Assembly: GCA_977030845.1 (NCBI GenBank)
Contig: OZ365118.1
Span: forward strand, 19,592,001 to 19,656,000
Reading direction: 5' to 3'
DNA from: Fimbriosthenelais zetlandica
Lineage: Eukaryota
DNA: 64,000 nucleotides
Positions 37,513 through 48,132 of the stretch are shown piece by piece (the first letter of the stretch is position 1; each line of letters opens with the position of its first letter). The notes below the pieces were generated by a model. That model saw only the letters and a list, made by a program, of their open reading frames with translations, was not told where the DNA came from and ran no database searches. The translations under genes were made by a program, and so were the position numbers.

Positions 37513-37609
37513 CCTCCTCCTGTTCCTGGTCCGGATCATTCTCCTGGAAGTCATTATCATCTAGATTCTCATGGGGCTGGTGGCTACTACCTTTACAACA
37601 ACAAGCCAT
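37488..37609 (-). CDS. Otop: Alternative first coding exon of otopetrin (MACCCKGSSHQPHENLDDNDFQENDPDQEQEEAETHPQYGR)
   Basis: aagATGG Kozak context, 40 open codons, donor GGC AG|GTAAGA (phase 2), in frame with 22144. Confidence 0.75.
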
Positions 37610-38356
37610 CTTCACGTATCTCCTGCTCTAATCGTTATCACGTAGACACGGAGAGCCCGCGGTGTATCACCTCATGTCCACAGTCCTCCTCATTTGTTAG
37701 TCACCTAAAGTGCACCCCTCAGAATCTCTGTCGATATATGCTTATCCCAGGATAACTCCAGACAGGATAATAAAGCAGGATATCACCGCTGGCTGTATAA
37801 AGGTGCCAGTCGTGCCTGCATGTTGTACTGAAGTCAGTCCTTCTGAAGGCTTGTCAAAAGTCCTCACTTGGCGTGAGGTATATTGACAGGCGTATTGATT
37901 AGACTCAATCCTACTATTTCACACATGTAATGAAAGCAGCCACAGCCAGGCCTGATTACATTTAGAGCCAGCCGAATTCCAGCGGAAATTAGAACAGGCG
38001 TGAATTGAGCTTTCACAGCTCCTTTACAAAGGTGGCTTCAAAATCACGGTGCGTGGCTTCAGTAGATTGGTGGTGGACTGAGAAGAAAGCCACATGCACA
38101 CAGAAGGCCCAGACCCTGCTAGCACGTCTGAGGTGGCTGCATTTGTAGCAGGATCCCTTCACAAGATGCGGATTTACCACCAGCTGCTGCTCCTCCCACG
38201 TATAGCATCCACTCTCCTTGTCTTCCCCTCGTAACAAGGCTATTTTGGGTGCCAGCTTCCTTTACCAGCTCCAGTATTAGAGGGGAGGTTGATCTTGTAT
38301 ATGATGTATATAGGCACCTTCACCTCGCACTGCTTGCCCTGCTGTACTCCTCTACC

Positions 38357-38385
38357 CTGTATTCCCTGTATTCCCTGTATTCCCA
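38357..38385 (+). repeat. 9-bp repeat (ccctgtatt) x3
   Basis: Direct reading. Confidence 0.85.
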
Positions 38386-41300
38386 CCAGTTCATTTCTTC
38401 CCTCGGGATGACGCGCCTTTCATTCACTCAGCCCGCAAGACCTAAATGATCCCAGGGGTGGCCTTCTAAATCAATCTTCCCTTCTGAGGAAAAACCCGAG
38501 TTCCTGCCACACAAGGGAATGGTTTCCTCTCCTGCCTTTGTTTGGCGTTAAAGACTGCTTTGATGGAGCTACTCCTGTGTTGAGTGGTCTAAGAATAGCA
38601 GTAAAAGTAGACTAGTAAATACCCTGGAGTGGTAGGATGGTAGAAGTAGATGCTCTATACAACTTTAGATGTGTAGTTGTAACATGGAATGACCCCACCT
38701 CAGTCAGGGGTCATTCAGATGATCCAGGCTCGGATCTCCACTGATCTGTCCAGGCTGAATGTAAAGCCCTGCAGCTACAACACAGCCATGGAGGTCATCT
38801 AGATGTGAAATGCTTCTCCAGGCTAAACATTATTCCCCCGCTGACCTATCTGCTGCCACCTTGTTCTACTGTCGGGGGTTGAGTGGCCATGGCTGGCAGT
38901 CAAAACAACAGCCTGTCACCTCACCACGACGGAAATCTTTATCACACGTGCATAACACGCGCCTCTCACATTATGCTAATACACGCAAATGAAAGGCAAT
39001 CCGTGTTATGGGTTTGTTATAGCCGTGGGGGGAACCCCAGCTTACCTATCTCCTGTATTAATAAAGGTGCTATAGAATAAAGGCTGTGTATACACTGGAG
39101 CGTGTAATGCTATCAGAGATGGCACAACCCCTCCCACTGATTGTCTATAATTACCAGACTACAGGAGCTGCTCCTGGCGGTATGTACTGAGCAATCAGCT
39201 GATCAGAGTAACTCTCTCATCTTCTTATCACCAGCTTTCACTGTCTGGTCAACCAATTGTGCACCAGTCGTAATCAGTGAAGGCGAGACAACAAGCTCAG
39301 CCTCAATATCTGAGAGAGAGCAGAAGCAGAGCAGCTCTCTCCACTCTCCAGGGATGCAAGTATGTGAAGCCTTTTGAGACTGCTACATTTCCTGTATTGT
39401 ATTGACTATACTTCCTGAAGGAACCCCTGGTACTCCTCCTAGCTCAATGAAGCGCACCTAATTCCCACATCCAAACAGTACAGTGATGGAGAGAGAGAAG
39501 AATGGTGTTGGAGAATACGGTTACTGAGGAAATGCAATGGAATGGAGATGCATTGGAGTAGGTTGAGACGGTCCGCTTGCTCTTATGCTGAATAAGGAGG
39601 GGTGTGGGTAGAATGAAGTATACACATTCCTTACAGCTGCACTATACACTCAGCCTGGCTGGATTCACTCAGTGTAATACAGAGCTGCTCATGTGGTATC
39701 CTCAACACCATGAGCTGCTCACTCAAGACCAGGAAGATCTAATGTTGTCACGGCCAGCAAGACAATGTCCTGCCTCCAATGCTTCAGTGTGAGTGAGTGA
39801 GTGTGTGGGGGAGAGAGGCAGTCGATCCCCACCATGGTCCTCCTGAAGCCTGTCACAGGAGGAGGAGGGAGGAGGGAGAGCGGGAGGATGTGGGTCTAGG
39901 CCTCCTCGTCTCCACCTATAGATGGCCAGGCATGGTTAGGCTGCATCACCACAGCTGGGCTCCGTGCTGCTGCTCCTGTCCTGGGTATCAGGGTTGGTAG
40001 TATGGGTACTGCCTTGTCCCCCTCCTCTCCCTCCCAACCTTACATGCCATTCTCATCTACAGACGCATGCCTGCTCTCTCAACAAAAGACATTGATCGCC
40101 TCGCATTCTTGGTTCACTCACCACACATGAACTCAAGCTGTGACATTTTACGACAGTATTTGACATTTATTGTCAGTAAATTGTCCATATATGAATAGAC
40201 ATGAAGCTTGGATATAAGAGACCTATTTTTGCCCTAACAGAGCCTATAGTAACTATTGTCTGATCGTTTGTGGCTGATGTCATGTCTCATCTTTCGTCTG
40301 TAGTTTACCCACTGTTTCAATCCGCGTGTTTGTGTGTGGAGAATGCTGGCTGCTGCCATCAAGTAATGACCTGGTCGACCCCTGGGGAGAGATGGCCGAA
40401 TCTACGTCTCCGCTCCATCCTCAGATCCCAGGAGCGTGAGCCAAGCTCCGACTAGAAGACCAGATTACAACCAGAGCCATGCTTCAAATCCAAACCTTTC
40501 AACCGTGATAGAAGCAGAAGGACAAATAAAGCTTTTGTTGAGGGTGGAGCTTTTTTGTTTGGAGACAAATAAGAGGGCTGGGTAAGAGAGAGAAAGTAAG
40601 GGATCAAAGAATGTGAAGTTCAAAGATAGAGGGCTGAGGGTGATTAACTCCAGCTGGCAAGCTAGGCCAATCCCAGGCATCTCATTTCTCTGCTATTCCA
40701 CCTTTACAGATATCCCCTGGCATTTGGCACATGAGCTAGCTTATTAAGGGTATTTAAACCCTAAAAACCTCATTCATTGCGGACTTTTCTGCATATTTCT
40801 CATGGTGAATTAAGCAGCAATGCCTTACAGGGTATTGAGGCAGTGTTTGGCTGAGCTGCTCAGTCAGCTCACTCAGCTGGCCTCACATTGTTTACAAACA
40901 TGAGCGAGACAGGAGCAAAGTGCCTGCCAGCCAAACGCCAGCCAAACGCTGGAACAAAAGACGAGACATGCAACGCACGTGCTGGCAACTAAAGCATGCC
41001 TCCATGTAGCACGGCAAAAGGCAAATGTGACCAACAATGCAATGATTTAAATGTTCTTAAACACAAAACGCTTTGCCATCCTCACAAGAAGTACATTTAT
41101 TGACGTTTAACATGAATTAAAAGTCCCAACTTCCATGAGAGAAGCTGTTCATAGTCGGTATTTGACTACAGTGAATAGAAACTCTGAACAATATAGGGCG
41201 TGAGCTCCTTGTATGCCCCAGGTGTTCAATACAGGGCAAGAAGCTAGTGTTTCTAGGGTTATGAATGTAGGTTATAAGGTACGCGTGTGGTAGGTGGGGG

Positions 41301-43232
41301 GTGGGGTAGCACCAGGGTAAATGGTTGATATATCAGTGTCAGACACGCACCTGTATCCAATATTTATCACTGGCTCATATTTACTTCATGAAACATTGAG
41401 GCATGTAGTGTGGGGGTGTCCCAGTATTAGGGGTGTGTCCCAGTGTTAGGGCTGTGTACCACTATTAGGTAATCATCTATATGGAGGTCATATCGATCAT
41501 GTGTGACAGCTGACAGTTCCACAGATGTGCCTCAATAAGGCTGTAATAACACCATTACTCTCATTTTTATCACTAGCTGCAAAATTGGGGCATCATGTGA
41601 GCTGCTCTGAGCCTGGGAAATGCTCGGTCAGGGTGGGACCTGCATCACAATGCCAGGAGACTGGTTCCTTTAGTCGCCATAAGGTGGCTTCTACGCCAGG
41701 CCCCGCTCCGCTGCCGCTCACTGTTTTTCTCCCGGAAGCCACATTGCATGGCTTTCATTTGGTAAGAGCCCAAAGAGAGATCCCAAGCCTGAATACATCA
41801 AACAAAAACCCCCACTCCAGGCCTGTTCTCACCGCCCTCCTAGCTGTAATGTGCACGATGAATTAATGTGCTGTCAGTGGTTCCTTGAAACTTTTTATCA
41901 TCAATTTTAAATCTTTATATTCACTTTATAGCATTTTCCCAGTTGTTAAAAAACCCAACAAGAGTCAGCTGGCGTAACTATATCTCATGCAATGGGAGTT
42001 TTAAACTCCATTATTTACACTGAGGGCAACGCTTTCGGTGCTCCAAAAGTTTGCCATCTAATTTTAATCGATAATTACCCCGCACTTTGGCTGGATCCGA
42101 CACGTTTCAGGGCTGTCACATAAATATTTCTGCCCGTTTGGGTTTTTACTTTTTATCCAATGTATCAGACAGACTGATGTATAAGGTTTTTTTACTAGAA
42201 TATAAATGGACTGTTTGAAATTCTCCCCTTTGAGATCGACTGAGTCCAGCAAACATTGAGATTGATTGCCAATATTGGGATCAATTCTCCTCTAGCTACA
42301 AACTCCGCTGAACTTATTGGCTCAGTGTGAGATAAAATGTGGATAGAAATAACTGGGAAACAGGTAGCAGACTAAATGCTGTCTCACCCAAATATGGTTA
42401 AAATGGTGAGCAATCATTGGCCGCAGTTGAGGCATGTTAGACGGCCTTAGAGACAGTGGTGAATTGATGAGGACAGTGAGAGGATTCAGCCACCTCCTCA
42501 TTGATATTCTAGCTGTGAAGCCCTCTACCAGTCAACTATAGCCGCCAGTTTACACACATTCACATTACACATGCCTGTACAATCACCTGATGACCATCTT
42601 ACGTGACAAAAAATAATGTAAATGTAAGCCTACAGGTGGCACTCTGAGTGTGGACAGGAAAATAGCAACATAAAGTATTCATAGTCTCTCCATTTATATA
42701 GCTGCACTCCTCCTTCAAACAGAATTCATCATCACACATTAATTTTTCATATACTTCATCTCCCACAGTCGTATTATTGTCCTGTTGCTATACCCGTACC
42801 TCTCCACTTTTTCATTCCCTTATAAAACGATTTTTAATGCCACTCAAGTGTTTTTTCCAATCACATACATCCCACATGTTCCCTGAAGCATTGTATAATC
42901 CCAGTATGAACCTGTTAATTACCTTGGCACAATGCTGTCTAAACCGATTACAGATACATACATACTTATAAAGAACATTGACCCAAACCCTTCATAATAA
43001 TCTTCACACCGTATACCTCTTCCACATAATTGCTTTAGGAACAAAGGTTAAAGGTGAAACATTGAAGAAATATGATGAAGAATACTAGGTCTAAGGTCCC
43101 GTATGTAATATAAGAAAGATGTATAGATGTATAGGAAGGGGAAGCTGATGCACCAGATGAACATAAGGCGTTATTGAAGCGCAAAAATGGCATTACGCGC
43201 GCTGAATGACTCTACCAAAATAAAGGCACGTG

Positions 43233-43287
43233 GAGCTATAGAAGTGCTAGCTATGGCTATAGAAGTGCTAGCTATAGAAGTGCTACC
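43233..43287 (+). repeat. Short repeat (gctatagaagtgcta) x3
   Basis: Direct reading; lies just inside the intron after the 43320 donor. Confidence 0.85.
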
Positions 43288-43319
43288 ATAGCCCCAGGCT
43301 GTACCCAGCCTATACTCAC

Positions 43320-43417
43320 GCCTCAGACTGCTGGGCCGCCTCAGGAACATACGTATCCTTGTTCATATTGACATTTGACCGTCCTTTAGTCACTAATTGA
43401 TGTTGAGTGGTCGTCAT
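43320..43417 (-). CDS. Otop: Alternative first coding segment of otopetrin (MTTTQHQLVTKGRSNVNMNKDTYVPEAAQQSEA)
   Basis: gaaATG at 43417, 32 open codons, donor GC|GTGAGT (phase 2). Confidence 0.65.
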
Positions 43418-43424
43418 TTCCTAC

Positions 43425-43453
43425 CTGGAGAACCCTCCTCCAGGGCTGCTCAT
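43425..43453 (-). CDS. Otop: Alternative short first coding segment of otopetrin (MSSPGGGFSR), or uORF
   Basis: agtATG 22 nt after the predicted TSS; donor TCC AG|GTAGGA (phase 2). Confidence 0.55.
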
Positions 43454-43470
43454 ACTGCTAGCTGTAAAAG

Positions 43471-43504
43471 ACACTGGAGGAGCCGAGGCCAGCAGTCTTT
43501 TATA
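43471..43504 (-). promoter_or_regulatory. TATA + initiator core promoter inside the large intron
   Basis: TATAAAAG at 43504-43497 and an Inr-like CCAGTGT with its A at 43475, 29 nt downstream of the first T. Confidence 0.7.
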
Positions 43505-46500
43505 TGTTACGGTCTTGGTGCCAATGGCCTATATGGACTGCACCCACTCTCTCCCCTCCCCTCTCTAGCTAGCCCATCCAGGTGATTGGGATGGGTGGCT
43601 TGGTTTGGTTAAATCCTCACATCATGCATGTAAACCTCCCTCCTCCTGTTTTTTCTTCCTCCAGAGCCTATCCAGGTATAACGCGCTCTGGTAGAAAGCA
43701 GGTAGCTCTATATATACTCTACGTCCACCTATAGTCACTGTGGTACAGATTGCCTGTATTGAGCCTGTGGGAGTTGTACTGTATATAAGGTGGTATGGAG
43801 TATAGGTAGCTCTCTCCTCCAGTAGTACAAAGGCGGGAGTTGAAGCACCAGCCCTGCACACATCTGCCTCCAGGGAGTGGGCGCCTGGAGGGATTACATG
43901 CATGTAGAGGGGTGGGGGCGTGGCCTTCACACATGGAGGAACATGGTAGAAAGTACCTCATCAAAATATACACTCATTCCTTTAACATTTCCTTACCAAA
44001 TGTTGGGAAAAAACACTTTTTCCTTTACCATTAGGTTACAAAATGTTGGACAGACATTAGTTCACACTTAAGTCGATTCCGAAAATGAAATTTATGAATC
44101 GATTGACCAGGGCATTAGTTAGAGAGTTATATATTCATATCTCAAGGCCACATTAACTGGAATTTTAATATTTCAAGGTGACATTAGCTGAAATATTCAA
44201 GAACCTAGATGTCTTGTATAATATATGAAATGTTAAAGTGAGTAGAGTTAAAGTGGTGTATAGACCGTGGGAGGGTAGGGTGACGTCTATTGGTTTAGAA
44301 TAGTAAGATGATATATATTATGTAATGTCCTCCACCACCTATCATATGATAAGAGTATAGAAGCGTCCCCCCGCGTCATGTAACCAAGGCCACCATCCCT
44401 GACCTCACCCTCATAAATATCAACATAATAGATCCACCAAGAGATCCCACCCTTCCTCAACTACCCTCCTCAAAACAGGCGGGGGTCACTCCAACATTCC
44501 TTAACTTTAAATCCACACCCTTGCTTGATTTCCTTATCAATTATCAACGAAGAATATATATTTTCAGACTTACATTATATCTATGGGTAGAAACGTTATA
44601 AAGCATCTTTGTGAAAGTTAATATATTAGGGGAAAGTCCCCAAACTGACTCCCTTTTCAGGAAAAAACTAAATGTCCACAAGCCCAGAAGAGTGTCCCCT
44701 CTTCCCCCTACCACTGGTTCCCCATCCTTATCGATCTTACTCTCACAAATGGGTATTTTATATATGGTTTTAGCCGTCCAGTCCTAGCCAACAACCACTG
44801 AGCTGGGGAAGAAAATTTACATAGATTATGCATGTCTGCTCTGAAAAAATCAATATGGGTGCAAAATGGAATGTGATATAGGGAACGGTCTGTTAAAAGA
44901 TTCATCGTGCTGAAAGGATCAATATTGCTGTTCTCCCCCGAGAAAAAATCTATTCACTAAAACCTATAGATGGCAGATCTATAACCTTGCCTCTAAATTT
45001 ACTCGTGGAAATTTCCCAGGGACGGATTTTAATTAGACAGGTCTAGTTTGACATTCTGATTTGAACTGGCTTAACTCAAATAATAAGCCGATATCAAAAA
45101 CGGACCACATCCTAGATAATCAAAGAAAGTGGTCGCCGCAGTCTTTGTTTTCGGTCTGGATAGAGTTACATTAGTTTAGCTCGGGCTCAGAATTGGCTGG
45201 AAAGTTTATTTTATATTCTAGCTGGGTAGTTTTTAGTAAAATCTGCGGTGTTGTTTGCACACGAATCTTGTCAACACTGGGGACGGCGGTGGTAATAATA
45301 AATGAGGCCCTGCCCCGACTAATACCACTAATGGCATGTAATTGATTTAATGTACACCATCCATTTCATTTTGTATTGAACACTCCCAGGTCTAATATCT
45401 GGTTTAAATCTTAATATCCATTACACCGAATGTTGACTTGTGAAATATTTAAGAGATTACGTGCAAGTTGTGTGATAATACTGTACATAAAACCAGAGAA
45501 TGAATCTCATTCTCTCTAATGATCAAAATCAACTGAATACATATGGCTGAATTATTACCCCTCAAAACTTATTGAACCATAGATCAGACATTTGTATATA
45601 GTCCAGATTGTCGCCCATCCTTACCATATCTCAATCGCCTCACTTCAATCCCTGAAAGTGACGGAGGTCCCATCAGACAGGGGGAAGGACAGAGTAGCAG
45701 TGACTGGGGGATAGAGAGAGAGACAGTGAGATAGTGGGTAAGGGGTACTTGACTGGCATCAAGACTCTAGAGACTGACATGAGAGGAGCCTTCTTGAGGT
45801 AACATCACATGTCCTGATAAAAAGGCCCTCTGCCAATGACCTCTACCTACATACTATCAAAGGGCCTCAATATGAGGCCTTTGGGGGCAGAATCAGGGGT
45901 TTGGGGGCGATGGGAGGGGAGTTTGGGGGCGAGGGGAGGAGGATAAATATGGAGAGAGAGTTCTGTCAATCGAACATACTTTCTTTGATCCCCTGAGATA
46001 GTTTCCGCCTCTGGGTCAGCGCCTCTAGATAACAGACATAGCTAGTAGTTGTAGGACCCACATTGCTTATTCATCGACATAAGTGACCCCCAAGGACATC
46101 TCTATCTCTGTCCTCCTCTCTCTCTCTAAAGAATAATATCTCTGACCAAGCAAACCTCTCTAAGGTGCGTGCAAATATTCAAGACTTGTCAGAGTAATAG
46201 TTTAAGGACACGAGCTTTTGATTCCTGTGACCAAAGATGCCTTAGGATTCAGTGATTGTACTTTGATGCACACTGTTCAAGAGTATAGATGAGAGATGAC
46301 GGGTTGTCGTGGAGTATAGTTAAGATAGATATGAGCCTATTTGTCTTTATCGTAATGACTTCCTGCTATGTTCACCACGCACCTCCACCCCTCTACCTGG
46401 CTTCCTCTCCCATCTGCTTCACCTTTTTTCCTCACATCAGTCAGTCTGATGTTTTACCTTCATATTTCATGCTCTTTGTAGACCCCACCTTCACTCAAGT

Positions 46501-46589
46501 GGTGCTCGACAATGTTTAATGCATAAAGGCTGTTCTCTATACTGCCTCTACTCCTAGCAGCGTGAGATAGACAGAAGACGATGGCTCAA

Positions 46590-46782
46590 TCCACCAGCCA
46601 TCTTTTTGGCTAAATCCATTAGCCATCTTTTGGCTGAATTCACCAGCCATCTTTTGGCTGAATTCCCCAACCATCATTTTGGCTTTATTCACCAGCCATC
46701 TTTAGGAGGCTGAAGTCACCAGCCATCTTTAGGCTGAATCCATCAGCCATCTTTTTGGCTGAATCAGCCATCTTTTTGCCTG
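46590..46782 (+). repeat. About 24-bp tandem array x8 of cagccatcttt(t)ggctg (hairpin; YY1/PHO-type GCCATCTT)
   Basis: Eight units; seven keep GCCATCTTT. Each unit is an inverted repeat CAGCCA...TGGCTG, imperfect in several units. Confidence 0.9.
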
Positions 46783-48118
46783 CAGACATTGACCTAGATC
46801 ATGCTGATTTCTGATGAGTCCTCATTAGCAGAAATAGCAAAGAGCAGACTCAGATGTGGCCCTAGTTGAATGGTCATTCACGTGGAAAATCTATTAACCA
46901 TAGTGAACCCTGAAGCCAGGCCAATAATTAGATTACAATTCCTATCACTCACACTGGAGGCGGCCGCTAATTCCAATCACCCGGTCCACCCTAACACCCC
47001 TCTCACTCTCCACGGCCCCCTTAACACGCCTAGAAATAGCTGAATGGCCCTCACAGGGCACACTCTCATAGTCTGAAGTGTAGAGCAATGGACTGCACTC
47101 ATGACTATTGTTTCTATTGTCCCCAGGAGGAAGAGTGCTTGGCTGAAATGGCAACAATCAGATTGAATCTCAGAATATTCCCCCAAAAAATATCCATCAT
47201 GGAATTCAGCTGACTATATTTAGCTGTAAAATTCCCCCGAATATAGGCCTGTCATTATATGAACGATGTTAGATATATTTGTATCTTAATTGATATATTT
47301 GAGTGATTGCTTTTTGCTGCTGTTAATGCACATTGCTGGAGATATTCCCGACAAGGGAATACCAAGCATTAAGGGACATTCTATCAGGGGTAGGGTGAAT
47401 ACATGATGAGTCAGGGGGACAGGGGGGGGGGGGGTGTGTCGGCACCCCATGACAGGGGGCTAATTGGTGGGTGTGGGGGGAGGGGGGACATGCTGGAGGG
47501 TGAATCGTTTGGGAGGGTGACTGAAGGAAGGCACAGTATTGTTGGAATCTAATGAATGGTAAGAATTAAGGGAGCCGTACTCTCCACTAATTCACCCCCG
47601 TTTACAATAATTGCTTTTACTTTCGGTTTAACTTGCAGCTGGGGATTTGGGAAAGTAATGAAGTCCTAGGAATGGCTGAGGCTGAGTGCAGTACCAGTAA
47701 TAGTATTGGTTTAAGACTGATTCTAAATTATTGATAATACCTCCACATTAAATATGCTCTGAACCACTTTAACAGTCGTTAATTGAATAATGACTTAATC
47801 TGCGGAGTCATCATCATTACCATTAGCCTCATCTCATCCAACCAGATCTCTCATCTCAAACTTTTCCAATTTTTAATATTTCACTCTAAATTTTAACATT
47901 TCCCCTCGGGAGATCAGCCTGGATCCGTCTAGAGCTGACAGTGCCTGAGACTGACACCTGAACACCTCTGAGTCCAGCAGTTGGCACATTGCCGTACTGA
48001 CTGTTACACTCTCTGTATAGGGCAATATGATCCCGCGAAAAGGTCAGTCGGCGAGATGCTTGACCACCAACTGACCCTGACTGACCTTCACAGTAAGGGT
48101 CAAGGCCTGGACGCCGCC

Positions 48119-48132
48119 GTTACCATGGCAAC
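48119..48132. promoter_or_regulatory. RFX X-box
   Basis: GTTACCATGGCAAC, a near-perfect palindromic X-box. Confidence 0.7.

Noticed and set aside
46590-46782. CRISPR-like array (palindromic repeats)
   Set aside because: No unique 25-40 nt spacers, no cas genes and a eukaryotic context. It is a plain tandem array. The other short repeats fail in the same way.
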